Part shown: positions 52,647 to 62,270 of the stretch, in pieces
Layout: every line of letters starts with the position of its first letter
How positions within the stretch are numbered: the stretch's first letter is position 1
NCBI GenBank assembly: GCA_002919235.1
Contig: PKEX01000001.1
Coordinates: forward strand, 5,289-69,288
DNA: 64,000 nucleotides
Origin: Clostridia bacterium
Lineage (GTDB): Bacteria > Bacillota > Limnochordia > DTU080 > RSA5
Direction of reading: 5' to 3'
Made by a program: the position numbers and the translations under genes
Notes under the pieces: generated by a model
Databases searched by the model: none
What the model saw: the letters and a program-made list of their open reading frames with translations, nothing else
Told to the model about the DNA's origin: nothing

Positions 52647-53558
52647 TCAGCTTCGCGCACCCTGGGAGGAGACGGTGATGTCGCCGTTGGACGTCCGGGC
52701 GGAGAGCTGGGCCGCTCCCTGGCCGATCCGGCCCACCAGGCGGTTTCGGCCGACCTCGGCCACGGAGACTTCGGTCTCCAGCGCGATCTGCCCGTTGCTG
52801 GTTGTGAGGTTCAGACTCACGTCGGGTTCGATCAAGGCCAGCCGCACGGCGCCGTTGGAGGTGCGCACCTCGTAGGAAGCGCCTTCGTCCAGCCGGGCCC
52901 GCAGTTCGACAGGGCCATTGCTCGTCCGGAGGCGGCCGGCGCGCGCGAGCCTCGCCCCGTCGACGACGATGGCGCCGTTGGACGTCTCGGCCGTCACTAC
53001 CCCGTCCACGTCCCGCAGCTCGATGCGGCCGTTCGACGTCTTCACGGCGAGGCTGCCCGCCTGCCGTTCCACCACCACCGAGCCGTTGGACGTCCGCAGC
53101 CGGGCGTCCCCCCGCAGGTCACGGGCGGTGATGCGGCCGTTGGACGTGTACAGGGAGATGTCGCCCTCCCAGTCCCGCGGGACCAGCACTCGAAAACTGA
53201 GCCTCAGGTTGGCCCAGCCGAACCCCCAGTAAAACAAGCGGCCGTAGCCCGCCCGCACGCCGTCGTCCGTCTGCTCGATGGAGATTGGGATTCGCTCGGC
53301 CACCCAGCGGGCGAAGGCGACCGGCCCGCGCGCCTCCTTCACCGCTCGCACCACCACCTCGCGCCCGTCCCACGCCTCGTACTCGATAGGGCCGTTGATG
53401 TTCTCCACCGCGATCGCCTGGCCGGGAGCAAGGACGAACGCGCGCTCCGTCTCCTCCAGCACCCGCGAGCCCGAACGGGTCCCGGACGCCACACCGGCGA
53501 CGCCCACCGCCAAAGCGGCGAGGCCCATCACCAGCACCACCAGGCGCAGCGTCTTCAT
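52647..53558 (-). CDS. DUF4097-like beta-strand repeat (adhesin-like) exported protein
   Basis: N-terminal signal/TM segment; repeated xTSNGxI/V units. Confidence 0.85.
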   Translation of the reverse strand: MKTLRLVVLVMGLAALAVGVAGVASGTRSGSRVLEETERAFVLAPGQAIAVENINGPIEYEAWDGREVVVRAVKEARGPVAFARWVAERIPISIEQTDDGVRAGYGRLFYWGFGWANLRLSFRVLVPRDWEGDISLYTSNGRITARDLRGDARLRTSNGSVVVERQAGSLAVKTSNGRIELRDVDGVVTAETSNGAIVVDGARLARAGRLRTSNGPVELRARLDEGASYEVRTSNGAVRLALIEPDVSLNLTTSNGQIALETEVSVAEVGRNRLVGRIGQGAAQLSARTSNGDITVSSQGARS

Positions 53559-53561
53559 GCC

Positions 53562-53906
53562 TCACTCACCGCCCTTCTTCTCGCGAGACTCTTTGAGAAT
53601 CTGGTTGATCAGCATGCCGCAGCCGATGGCCGTCGGCACCAGGCCGCCGATGAGCCACGGCCCGATCCCCATGGTCAAGAGACCCAGGGTCAGCGCGACG
53701 CCGACCAGCGTGACGACGATGGGCGAGTACCGGTCGTTTCGCTTGGAGCCCTCGTCATCCCCGTCATCCTCGAAGTCGGGCGGCACGAGGCCTTTCTCAA
53801 TCATGGCCATCCGCTCTTTGTGCTTGAGATACCGCTGAAACGCGCCATAACCGATGCCCAGAGCGACGATCAAGAACGGAAAGCCGAACACGATGAGTAC
53901 GTCCAT
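53562..53906 (-). CDS. Small membrane protein, DUF6249-like
   Basis: TM, then HKERMAMIEKGL, then two TM helices; inside the ECF operon. Confidence 0.7.
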   Translation of the reverse strand: MDVLIVFGFPFLIVALGIGYGAFQRYLKHKERMAMIEKGLVPPDFEDDGDDEGSKRNDRYSPIVVTLVGVALTLGLLTMGIGPWLIGGLVPTAIGCGMLINQILKESREKKGGE

Positions 53907-54014
53907 GAGGGTTACTGACTCCTTTCCTTTTCCCGCCAATGGGCAAGCCGTCCCGTACGGGCGTCGTTCTAAAGCCGGTTAGATCCGCTCTCACGCCTCC
54001 GCACTGCCCCGCTG

Positions 54015-54659
54015 TCACTCCCTCCGCGGCCCGGGCCGCCCACCGGTGACGATCAGTACCCCGATGGCGAAGCTGAGGCCTGCGGCACACCACCACACCG
54101 CTTCGACGTAGGGAGCCACCCCGGGCGGAAGCGTCTCTCCGGCCCGCTGCAGCATCCAAGCGGCTTCCCGGACCCGCTGGCCCCCGGAGTCGAACGCCGC
54201 GCGCACCAGGGCGAAAACCCGATCCGTAAGCCCCGGAAAAGCGGGAAGCAGCAGCCCCAGCGCCCCGGCCGCCTGGAGAGAGACCGCAAACACCCAGGCG
54301 AGCCACGCCGCAGCGGCTCCCGCCAGCGAGAGGGGCTCCCGGCGGGGCCCTTCGCTCACGGCCCGCTCCTGGTCCTGCTCGGCTGCGATGCGGGCCATCA
54401 CCCGGTCCAACGTCCCGGCCGGCGCCTGCACCCCGCTGCTGGCCTGCAGCAAGGCCGCGATCCGCCGCCACCCGGCCAGCTCCGCCTGGCACCTGGGGCA
54501 GCGCGCCACATGGCGCCGGAGCAGCCAGGCCAGTAAGCCACCCCAGCGCTCGCCCTTCCGGGAACCTCCCCCGGGCGGCTCGGCGGTGAGCCCCAGGCGA
54601 TCCGCGGCGCGGCACTGCCACGTGAGCCGGTCCGCTTGAGGCGCTCTCATCGAGTCCAC
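54015..54659 (-). CDS. Putative zinc-binding (ZAS) transmembrane anti-sigma factor
   Basis: HVARCPRC (HxxxCxxC), two TM segments, overlaps the ECF sigma stop. Confidence 0.75.
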   Translation of the reverse strand: MDSMRAPQADRLTWQCRAADRLGLTAEPPGGGSRKGERWGGLLAWLLRRHVARCPRCQAELAGWRRIAALLQASSGVQAPAGTLDRVMARIAAEQDQERAVSEGPRREPLSLAGAAAAWLAWVFAVSLQAAGALGLLLPAFPGLTDRVFALVRAAFDSGGQRVREAAWMLQRAGETLPPGVAPYVEAVWWCAAGLSFAIGVLIVTGGRPGPRRE

Positions 54660-55231
54660 ACCCCTTCCCCGCCGCGTTCCTTGCCCAGTTCCCGCTTGAG
54701 CGCTTGCCTTGCACGGTGCAAGTGCGTCTTCACCGTGCCCACCGGCACGTCCAGCACTCCGGCGATGTCCCTCACCGTGAGACCTTCGACGTAGTAGAGG
54801 GTGAGCGCCGCCCGGTAGGACGGCGGTAGCTTTTGCAGCGCCGCCTCCAGCTCCCGCTGTGCTTCCACTCCCTCCCAGCGGCTTTCCGGATCGTACCAGG
54901 CCGCCGCGGCGGGGTCATGGCTCCCCGCAGCGTCCAACAGGCGGGCGTCGTCCACGGGCAGCGGCTTCGCCTTGCGAGCGCGATCCACGGCGACGCGGTA
55001 GACGATCCGGTAGAGCCAGGTCGCAAACCGGGCGTCGCCGCGAAACCGCGGCAGAGCCCTCCATGCCTTATATAGCGCCTCTTGCAGTGCGTCCTCCGCT
55101 TCGCCGGGATCGCCGGCAAGGCGCAGCGCCAAGCGGTACGCCTGGTCCAGGCACGGCTCGACGAGCCCTGCAAACGCCTGCCCGTCACCCTCTTTTGCCC
55201 GGTGAAGGAGCTTTGCTTCGTCCTGGACCAT
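54647..55231 (-). CDS. ECF RNA polymerase sigma factor
   Basis: AEDALQE, FATWLYRI and IAGVLDVPVGTVKTHLHRAR. Confidence 0.95.
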   Translation of the reverse strand: MVQDEAKLLHRAKEGDGQAFAGLVEPCLDQAYRLALRLAGDPGEAEDALQEALYKAWRALPRFRGDARFATWLYRIVYRVAVDRARKAKPLPVDDARLLDAAGSHDPAAAAWYDPESRWEGVEAQRELEAALQKLPPSYRAALTLYYVEGLTVRDIAGVLDVPVGTVKTHLHRARQALKRELGKERGGEGVWTR

Positions 55232-55261
55232 ACTGCGCCTCGCTTTCGACCTTTCACCCTA

Positions 55262-55291
55262 TTAGACGGGACGACGCCCAAGACGGTTTCA
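55262..55291 (-). promoter_or_regulatory. Autoregulatory ECF-type promoter
   Basis: Minus strand TGAAAC-N17-CGTCTAA, matching the AAC/CGT pattern of SigW/SigM-class promoters, about 30 bp before the sigma start. Confidence 0.75.
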
Positions 55292-55471
55292 CCGGCAAGG
55301 ATTCCACCGGACCACCCGTTGACGGATCGGTTCGTCCTGGTCCAGGGACCGCCTTACTCTCTAAGGCAAAAAGAATCGCCCGGCAGCTCCGGCGGCTTGC
55401 GCCGCCCTTCGCCGGGCGTTTCAACGTGGTCGCGATCAAGACTGTGAAGAGACCGGATTCGCGCTTGCCCC

Positions 55472-55978
55472 TCAGAAGTAGTGGCCGACGCCGATGTACG
55501 TGGCAGTGACGGAATCCTTCTTGAGCAGCGTCGCACTGCCGCCGAAGAACACGCCCGCCGTGTTGGTCAGCCTAAACGCGAGTTCGGCGTTGGCTTTCAC
55601 CCAAATGCTAGGGCCGCCCAACCGGCTCTGAACGCCGAGCCAACCGCTTAGATCGACGGTGTTGGCGACGGGCACGCGCCGCCAGACACCGAGTTCCAGC
55701 AGTTCTTTGTTGGCACCGGCCGCATCGAACTCGACTTCGAGGTAGATCCCGTTGCCCGCCCCCTGCCAGAGACTGACGACAAACACCTCATCGGAACGAA
55801 GCTGAAGACCCGCAGCCAGCGTGGGCAGGAGGTCAAACTCGCCGTAACCGTACGTCAGCGACTCCGAGCCCCTCTGAATTATCCCCAGCGAAATCACCGC
55901 CGCCTGCGCGGGGAGGGCGCCCGCAAGCGCTACCAAGCATACCGCAGCGACCAAGGTGGCCAGGGTTTTCCTTTTCAT
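55472..55978 (-). CDS. Secreted hypothetical protein, candidate small outer-membrane beta-barrel
   Basis: AGGAGGAG RBS; signal peptide ending AQA; alternating amphipathic strands; C-terminus YIGVGHYF. Confidence 0.65.
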   Translation of the reverse strand: MKRKTLATLVAAVCLVALAGALPAQAAVISLGIIQRGSESLTYGYGEFDLLPTLAAGLQLRSDEVFVVSLWQGAGNGIYLEVEFDAAGANKELLELGVWRRVPVANTVDLSGWLGVQSRLGGPSIWVKANAELAFRLTNTAGVFFGGSATLLKKDSVTATYIGVGHYF

Positions 55979-56146
55979 CGCTCTCCTCCTTGATGGATCC
56001 GACATCCTGTCCAATTTTCACCTTCCCCCGAGATACTCCCATTGTACAGCCCCGCCGCCGCGGCAGGCAAGGATCACCCACCCGCGCCGGAGCGGCGGAG
56101 ACGCGATTGACCTTTGGCATCCGATCTGCTAGGGTTGAGGTGGAAC

Positions 56147-56236
56147 AACTCAGGGGAGCTCGTGACGGGCTGAGAGGGTGGGAATGGCCCACCGACCCTT
56201 GCACCTGATCCAGGTAATGCTGGCGCAGGGAGAGTT
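56147..56236 (+). ncRNA. TPP riboswitch aptamer
   Basis: AACTC-AGGGG...GCTGAGA...GACCC..GCACCTGATC..GGTAATGC..GCGCAGGGA-GAGTT; upstream of thiBPQ-like genes. Confidence 0.95.
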
Positions 56237-56258
56237 GGCATACCCTTTTTCCGTCACG

Positions 56259-56290
56259 GAACCTCCCTCGGATGTTAGGGGGTTCTTTTT
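56259..56290 (+). terminator. Riboswitch expression-platform terminator
   Basis: GAACCTCCCT...AGGGGGTTC followed by TTTTT. Confidence 0.75.
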
Positions 56291-57391
56291 ATGCTGTCCT
56301 TTTCTCTCCACCGGAGCCGGGACCTCGCGGGCTCCGGCAGGCTCGCGGGTGCTGTCCTTCCCGCGCTGGTTTCCGCCGTTGTCACTCTCGTCCTCGTCTT
56401 TTCAACGCCTCTCGCGGCATCAGCCCAGCAAAAGCTCTACGTCTACACGTACGATTCGTTCGTCTCATGGGGACCCGCCTCGGATTTCGAAGCGGGGTTT
56501 GAAGCCTTGTATCCCGGCGTGGACGTGGTCTTCGTCGCGCCCGGTGACGCCGGGGAGGCGGTGGCCCGGGTCATCCAGGAGCTGGAGGCGGGCGGCACCG
56601 ACGCCGACGTGCTGCTGGGCATCGCCGACACGCAGGTGCCCAAGGCGCTAGCCCGCGGGCTCTTTGAACCGTACGATCCGGCGCTGATTCCCAACCTCGC
56701 GAATGTCCCCGGCGAGCTGATTTTTGACGAGACGGGCCACGTGGTGCCCTTCGACCACGGGTACATCACCCTGGTGTACGACAGCGAACGCATCGATCCC
56801 AGCGAGGCGCCCAAAACCCTCGAGGACCTGACCGATCCCAAGTGGCGGGGCCAGATCATCATGATGGACCCCCGCACGTCGTCGCCCGGCCACGCCTTCT
56901 TGATGTGGACCATCGCCAAGTACGGCGATCCGGGCTTCGTCGAATACTGGGAGCGGCTCTCCCCCAACCTGCTCACCATCACCGGGGGCTGGACGGAGGC
57001 GTACAACTACTTCCTCGAGGGCGAGGCGCCCATCGTGGTCTCTTACTCCACCGACACGGCGTACAGCGTGACCGTGGAAGGGACTGACCGCCAGCGGGTG
57101 CTGACGCCCGAGGGCGAAGGGTACCGGCAGATCGAGGGGATGGGCATCGTCCGGGGCACGGACCAGCGGGAGCTCGCGCACGCCTTCATCAACTACGTGC
57201 TCTCGGTGGAGGCCCAGGAGAAGATCCCGCCCACCAACTGGATGTTCCCGGCCAACCGCAACGCCGCGGTGCCGGAAAACTGGGAGATCTACGCCGTCAT
57301 CCCCGAGCGGCCCGTGTACCTCGCCCCCGAAGAGATCGAGGCCAACGAGGCCCGCTGGCTGAGGCTCTGGGCCACGGCCATCTCCCGCTAA
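56291..57391 (+). CDS. thiB: Thiamine ABC transporter substrate-binding protein
   Basis: LYVYTYDSFVSWG, PFDHGY, DPRTSSPG, VVSYSTD, YRQIEG and NWMFP; downstream of a TPP riboswitch; start uncertain. Confidence 0.9.
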   Translation: MLSFSLHRSRDLAGSGRLAGAVLPALVSAVVTLVLVFSTPLAASAQQKLYVYTYDSFVSWGPASDFEAGFEALYPGVDVVFVAPGDAGEAVARVIQELEAGGTDADVLLGIADTQVPKALARGLFEPYDPALIPNLANVPGELIFDETGHVVPFDHGYITLVYDSERIDPSEAPKTLEDLTDPKWRGQIIMMDPRTSSPGHAFLMWTIAKYGDPGFVEYWERLSPNLLTITGGWTEAYNYFLEGEAPIVVSYSTDTAYSVTVEGTDRQRVLTPEGEGYRQIEGMGIVRGTDQRELAHAFINYVLSVEAQEKIPPTNWMFPANRNAAVPENWEIYAVIPERPVYLAPEEIEANEARWLRLWATAISR

Positions 57392-57432
57392 TCCGGGAGA
57401 TCCGGCGGTACCGGCATCTCCGGTGAACCCCA

Positions 57433-59226
57433 GTGCCTCGCTTCCTCTTTAACCTGCATCGAAAGGGCGCGCCGCCGCTTCCGGGCCAGCACGGGAGCGG
57501 TGCGCGCCCCCGCCCCCAGTGGTCCGCCTGGCTCCTGGCGGCGCTGCCCGCCCTTTTCCTGGCGTTTTTCTTTTACCTTCCGATCCTCGAGGTGCTTTCC
57601 CGGGGGTTTCGCCAGCCCGGGGCGGGCTTTTCCCTGGCCGTGGTCCGGGGGCTCTTGGCGGACCCGTACATCCAACGGCTGATCCGGTTCACCTCCATGC
57701 AGGCCCTGGCTTCCGCCGGGCTCAGCGCCCTCATCGGCGTGCCGCTGGCGTACCTCCTGGCCCGCAAGGAGTTTCCCGGCCGCAGGCTGGCGTCGGCGCT
57801 CACCATGGTCCCGTTCGTGCTGCCCACCATCACCGTGGCCCTGGGCTTTATGCTGATGTACGGCACCAACGGCTGGTTCACCCGGGCATTCCGGTGGCTC
57901 ACCGGTTCGGAGCTCCGCATCCTCCACTCGCTCTGGGCCATTCTCCTGGCCCATGCCTTCTACAACGCCCCGGTGGTGGCCCGGGTGGTCCAGGCCGCCT
58001 GGGAGCAAGTCGACCCTCACCTGGAGGAGAGCGCCCGGGTCCTGGGCGCCACGCCGTGGGGCGTGTTCCGGGACGTGACGCTGCCGACCATCCTCCCCGC
58101 CGTCTTGAGCGGCACGGCGCTGGCGTTCATCTACTGCTTTATGAGCTTTCCCATCGTCCTGGCGCTGGGAGGCGCCCGCTACTCCACCCTGGAGGTGGAA
58201 ATCTACACCCAGGTGCACGTGCTGTGGGACTACGAGACCGGGGCCGCCCTGGCGGCCATCCAGGCGACGCTCTCCCTGGCCTTCGTGTACGCCATGCTCA
58301 AACTCCAGGGGGATGCGGGCCTTGCGGGCCTGGCCCGAAGCTCACTCCGCCGGATGCGGCGCACCCCGGTGTGGGAGGGAAAGCCCGGCGCCGGTCCGGT
58401 GCTTACTGCGGCGTTCATGCTGTTTGCCGCGGTCTTCTTCCTCGGCCCCATCGCGGCCGTGGTCTGGCACTCGCTGCGAAACCCCGGAGGCGGCCTGGGG
58501 CTTGACGGCTACGCCCGCATCCTCTCGGTCCAGCACAGCGCGACGGTGGGAAACACCCCCCTTTCGGCCGTCGCCAACAGCCTGCGCTTCGGCGCCTTCG
58601 CTTCCCTGATCGCCGTGGCGCTGGGCGGGGCTTTTTCCTACAGCACCTTGCGCATCCGGCTCTTGCGGCGGACGTGGCTCGAGATCCTCGCGCTGGCGCC
58701 CATCGCCGTCTCCTCGGTGGCGCTGGGCTTCGGCGCGCTGCTGGCTTTTCGGAAGGAACCCTTCACCGCCATCCCGCCCGACTGGCGGGTGATCTTGATC
58801 CACGCGGCCCTGGGTTTTCCGTTCGTCGTCCGCAGCGTCCGGCCGGTCCTGGCCAACCTCGACCGCAGCCTAGGCGAAGCCGCCCGCACGCTGGGAGCGG
58901 GGCCGCTCAAGGCCTTTTGCACCGTCGAGCTCCCCCTCATCGCCGGCGGGGTCTTCGTGGCCCTGACCCTGGCCTTCGGCATCAGCGTCAGCGAAATGAG
59001 CGCCACCATGATGCTGGCCAGGCCCAGCCTGGTCACCATGCCGGTCGGCGTCTACCGGTTCCTCTCCTCCCGGGAGTTCCAGGCCGCCAGCGCCATGGCG
59101 GTGCTCTTGATCCTGGTGACAGGCGGCGCGTTCCTGCTCATCGAAGGAGCCTCCCGATGGATCCAGCGGGCGCGGGACAGCGAGCCGCCCCGGCAGAACA
59201 GAGCGCGGGGAGGACAGCGGGGATGA
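57433..59226 (+). CDS. thiP: Thiamine ABC transporter permease (two TM domains)
   Basis: Duplicated EAA loops (LEESARVLGA, EAARTLGA); AHAFYNAPVV. Confidence 0.88.
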   Translation: MPRFLFNLHRKGAPPLPGQHGSGARPRPQWSAWLLAALPALFLAFFFYLPILEVLSRGFRQPGAGFSLAVVRGLLADPYIQRLIRFTSMQALASAGLSALIGVPLAYLLARKEFPGRRLASALTMVPFVLPTITVALGFMLMYGTNGWFTRAFRWLTGSELRILHSLWAILLAHAFYNAPVVARVVQAAWEQVDPHLEESARVLGATPWGVFRDVTLPTILPAVLSGTALAFIYCFMSFPIVLALGGARYSTLEVEIYTQVHVLWDYETGAALAAIQATLSLAFVYAMLKLQGDAGLAGLARSSLRRMRRTPVWEGKPGAGPVLTAAFMLFAAVFFLGPIAAVVWHSLRNPGGGLGLDGYARILSVQHSATVGNTPLSAVANSLRFGAFASLIAVALGGAFSYSTLRIRLLRRTWLEILALAPIAVSSVALGFGALLAFRKEPFTAIPPDWRVILIHAALGFPFVVRSVRPVLANLDRSLGEAARTLGAGPLKAFCTVELPLIAGGVFVALTLAFGISVSEMSATMMLARPSLVTMPVGVYRFLSSREFQAASAMAVLLILVTGGAFLLIEGASRWIQRARDSEPPRQNRARGGQRG

Positions 59227-60383
59227 GCCTCCAGCTGATAGGACTTACCAAGCGTTTCGGCGACGTCACCGCCGTCGACGGCGTCCATCTCGCCGTGGAC
59301 CAGGGCGAGCTCCTGGCCGTGGTCGGCCCCTCCGGCTGCGGCAAGACCACGCTGATCCGCATGATCGCGGGGCTTGAAACGCCCGATGAAGGCCGCGTCC
59401 TGATCCGCGGGCGGGACGCCACCCACCTGCCGCCGGAGCGGCGCAACGTCAGCATCGTCTTTCAGAACTTCGCGCTCTTTCCCCAGATGACGGTGGCGGA
59501 AAACGTCGCCTACGGGCTGCGCTGGCGGCGCCTGGACCGCGCCGAGCGGCAGCGGCGGGTGACCGAGATGCTGGAGATGGTGGGGCTTTCCTCACTGCGC
59601 CACCGCCGCCCTCACCAGCTCTCCGCCGGGCAGCAGCAGCGGGCGGCGCTGGCCCGGGCCCTGGCGCCGCAGCCCGAGACCCTGCTCTTGGACGAGCCCT
59701 TGTCGGCCCTGGACGCCGACCTCAGGGAGCGGCTGCGCCTTGAGATCCGGAGGATCCAAAAGGAGCTGGGCATCACCACGATCCTGGTCACCCACGATCA
59801 GGAAGAAGCCCTGGGCATCGCGGACCGGGTGGCGGTGATGAACCAGGGCCGGCTGGTGCAGGTGGGCCGCCCGTGGGAGGTGTACGACGCCCCGGCGACG
59901 CCCTTTGTCGCCCGGTTCATCGGGAAAGGCACGCTGGTGGAAGCGAAAGCCGGCCCGGCCGGAGCAGAACTGAAGGGTCTGGGGCCCGTCCCGGCGGGCC
60001 ACGTCCCGCCTCGTTTCCGCAGCGCCGGCCGCGCGCTGGTCCTCATCCGGCCCGAAGCGGTGCGGCTCCTGGAGGACGGCGGCCCACCGCGATCGTTCTC
60101 TAACCCATCGGAGGCACCGGAGACACCGGAGCGCCCCGCTTCACCCGCGCCCGGCCTCCACTTCACGGCCGAGCTAGAGGACGTCACCTTCGCCGGCCAG
60201 GCAGGCATGGTCCACCTGCGCGCCGGGGAGCTGCGGCTCATCGCCTTCTGCCCCGGCCACCTCACGGCCCGCCTCAAGCCGCGGGCAGGCAGCCGGCTCG
60301 CCTGCTTCGTCCCCTACGATGCGCTGCGCTGGGTCGACCCCGGCGCCGACCGCCCGGCCGCCGGCGACAGCCAGCAGGGGTAG
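59223..60383 (+). CDS. Thiamine ABC transporter ATP-binding protein (ThiQ-like)
   Basis: GPSGCGKTT, LSAGQQQR, LLDEPLSALD and VTHDQEEA; ATG overlaps the permease stop. Confidence 0.9.
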   Translation: MSLQLIGLTKRFGDVTAVDGVHLAVDQGELLAVVGPSGCGKTTLIRMIAGLETPDEGRVLIRGRDATHLPPERRNVSIVFQNFALFPQMTVAENVAYGLRWRRLDRAERQRRVTEMLEMVGLSSLRHRRPHQLSAGQQQRAALARALAPQPETLLLDEPLSALDADLRERLRLEIRRIQKELGITTILVTHDQEEALGIADRVAVMNQGRLVQVGRPWEVYDAPATPFVARFIGKGTLVEAKAGPAGAELKGLGPVPAGHVPPRFRSAGRALVLIRPEAVRLLEDGGPPRSFSNPSEAPETPERPASPAPGLHFTAELEDVTFAGQAGMVHLRAGELRLIAFCPGHLTARLKPRAGSRLACFVPYDALRWVDPGADRPAAGDSQQG

Positions 60384-60417
60384 ATCTCCCGGCCGGCTCC
60401 CGGTCACGGGACGGCGC

Positions 60418-61125
60418 TCACCCGAGCGCGGTAGCCCGCCTCCGGTACACCCACGTCAAGAGGAGGCAGGCCACGGCGCACATCAACAGCAGGATGCCGG
60501 CGGTTTCCAGCAACCACGACGCGCGGGCGCCCGGGCCCGCTTCGGCGATGGTCACGTAGTAAAGGTGGGTGGTGGGCAGCACGCGGCCCACCTGCTTGAG
60601 CGTCTCGTTGAACACGGTGAAGGGCGGCAGCAAGATGAAGGCCAGGTAGAGCGGCATCCCTACCAGGCCGGTGGATAGGACGTTGGGCGCAAACAGCCCC
60701 ACGATCATTCCCAGGGGGATGCAGGCGGCGACACCCAGCGCAAAAAACAGGAGGAGCACCGGGATCCGGGCCGCTGGCACGCCCGCGAGGATGTAGGTGA
60801 TGAGCGCGAAGAGGAGGGTCATCACCAGGGTCATCAGGCCCTTGCCTATGAAAACCTCCGCGGGCGTGGCCGGGGAGAGCATCAGCACCTGGAGCGTCCT
60901 CTTCTCCCGCTCCTCGGCCACCAGCATCGACGGGACGTAGATCCCAGCCATCCCGGCCAGGAGCAGGACGCTGGTGGACGCGATCGCAGGGGCATCCATG
61001 GCATTCCCCAGCCGCTTGAAGATGACGGCGAAAATCAATGGCAGGGCGAACAGGATCGAGACGTTGAAGTTGGTCGCGATGTCCTGGGTCTCTTTGATAA
61101 AGATCGCAAGGATCCGGCGGACCAT
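60418..61125 (-). CDS. ABC-2-type exporter permease
   Basis: Six TM helices; AEEREKRTL..LMLSP....E...GK. Confidence 0.88.
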   Translation of the reverse strand: MVRRILAIFIKETQDIATNFNVSILFALPLIFAVIFKRLGNAMDAPAIASTSVLLLAGMAGIYVPSMLVAEEREKRTLQVLMLSPATPAEVFIGKGLMTLVMTLLFALITYILAGVPAARIPVLLLFFALGVAACIPLGMIVGLFAPNVLSTGLVGMPLYLAFILLPPFTVFNETLKQVGRVLPTTHLYYVTIAEAGPGARASWLLETAGILLLMCAVACLLLTWVYRRRATALG

Positions 61126-61151
61126 GGGGAGACCAGCTCCTTTCCCGGCGG

Positions 61152-62006
61152 CTAGACCAGCTCCTGCCCGGTCACCTTGATAAAAATCTCAGCCAAGCTG
61201 GGCTCTTGGGAGTGGATGGCCCGGAGCCGCCCCCGGCGCATCCAGTCCCCGATCTTCTCGGCGCTCTCCGTCCCGTTCAACGCCAGCACCTGCTCTTCCA
61301 GCGCGCCGTCGTCCCCCTCCACCAGGACCCGGACCTGCTGCGTCGAGTGCTCCAGTTTGAGGGCGCCGGGCGCCCCCACGGCGGCGATGATCCCCTGGCT
61401 GAGAAAGGCCACGCGGTGGCAGAGCCGGTCGACTTCCTGCATGTTGTGGGAGGTGAGGAAAATCGTCATCCCTTCCCGGTTGAGCTCTTCGAGAAACCGG
61501 TGGATCCGGTCGGCCGAGACGGGATCCAGGCCGGACGTGGGTTCGTCCAAGAACAGGATGCGCGGGCGGTGCAGGACAGCGCGGGCAAAGAGCGCCCGCT
61601 GCTTCATCCCCCGGGAGAGCGCCTTGACGGGCGTCCTTTTTTCCTTCAAGAGGCCCACCCGCTCCAGCACTTCGTCGATGCGTTTAAAGTCGAGACCCCA
61701 AAGGCGGCAGTAGAGCTCGAGGTTTTGCTGCAGCGTGAGACGCTCGTAGAGGTTGGCCTGGTCCGGCACCACCCCGATGAAGGGCTTCACGCGGGCCAGT
61801 TCCTTCCAGGGCTCCCAGCCCATGACCCGGGCTTCCCCGCCGGTGGGCGCCAGCTGCCCGGTGAGGATCTTGATGGCCGTGGTCTTGCCGGCGCCGTTGG
61901 GACCCAGGAACCCGAAAAACTCGCCCTCCTGCACCTCGAAGGAAATCCCCCGGAGTGCCCACTTCTCCTTATTGTATGCCTTGGTGAGACCCGCCACCCG
62001 GATCAT
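61152..62006 (-). CDS. ABC-2-type exporter ATP-binding protein
   Basis: [27 protein letters not shown] and EPSLAEIF. Confidence 0.93.
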   Translation of the reverse strand: MIRVAGLTKAYNKEKWALRGISFEVQEGEFFGFLGPNGAGKTTAIKILTGQLAPTGGEARVMGWEPWKELARVKPFIGVVPDQANLYERLTLQQNLELYCRLWGLDFKRIDEVLERVGLLKEKRTPVKALSRGMKQRALFARAVLHRPRILFLDEPTSGLDPVSADRIHRFLEELNREGMTIFLTSHNMQEVDRLCHRVAFLSQGIIAAVGAPGALKLEHSTQQVRVLVEGDDGALEEQVLALNGTESAEKIGDWMRRGRLRAIHSQEPSLAEIFIKVTGQELV

Positions 62007-62270
62007 GATCCCGATTCACTCCCGTCCGGTCGCTTCCAAACTGAATATGCGGCGGCTGCGCGCCCCTTTCCTCCCCGCCCATCCGGAAGTGGTGGATGCG
62101 GCCAGCCGCCCGGCTCCTTGACGAACGGCCTCTCTTTGCCCGCGGCAAAGGCTGGCCTTGCCAGCGCCGACACAGGAGGAGAGACCGGCTTCATCGAGAA
62201 CTTCACTCTTCAAGTTTTTGGCTTTACACGGCCTTAGCATGATTCAAGGGGAAAAGGAGAGGGGAATACG

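Noticed and set aside
52670..53150. Recurrent CCGTTGGACGT-like DNA repeats
   Set aside because: They encode the TSNG beta-repeats of the DUF4097-like protein and are not an independent DNA element.
53956..53983. Second ECF-like promoter (TCTAAC...CGTA) before the DUF6249-like gene
   Set aside because: The spacer is 18 bp against 17 at the main promoter and the -35 is weaker, so support is insufficient.
62010..62270. T-box leader upstream of the aromatic amino acid-type ABC binding protein
   Set aside because: I found no T-box consensus (GGTGGNACC) or terminator before the start.
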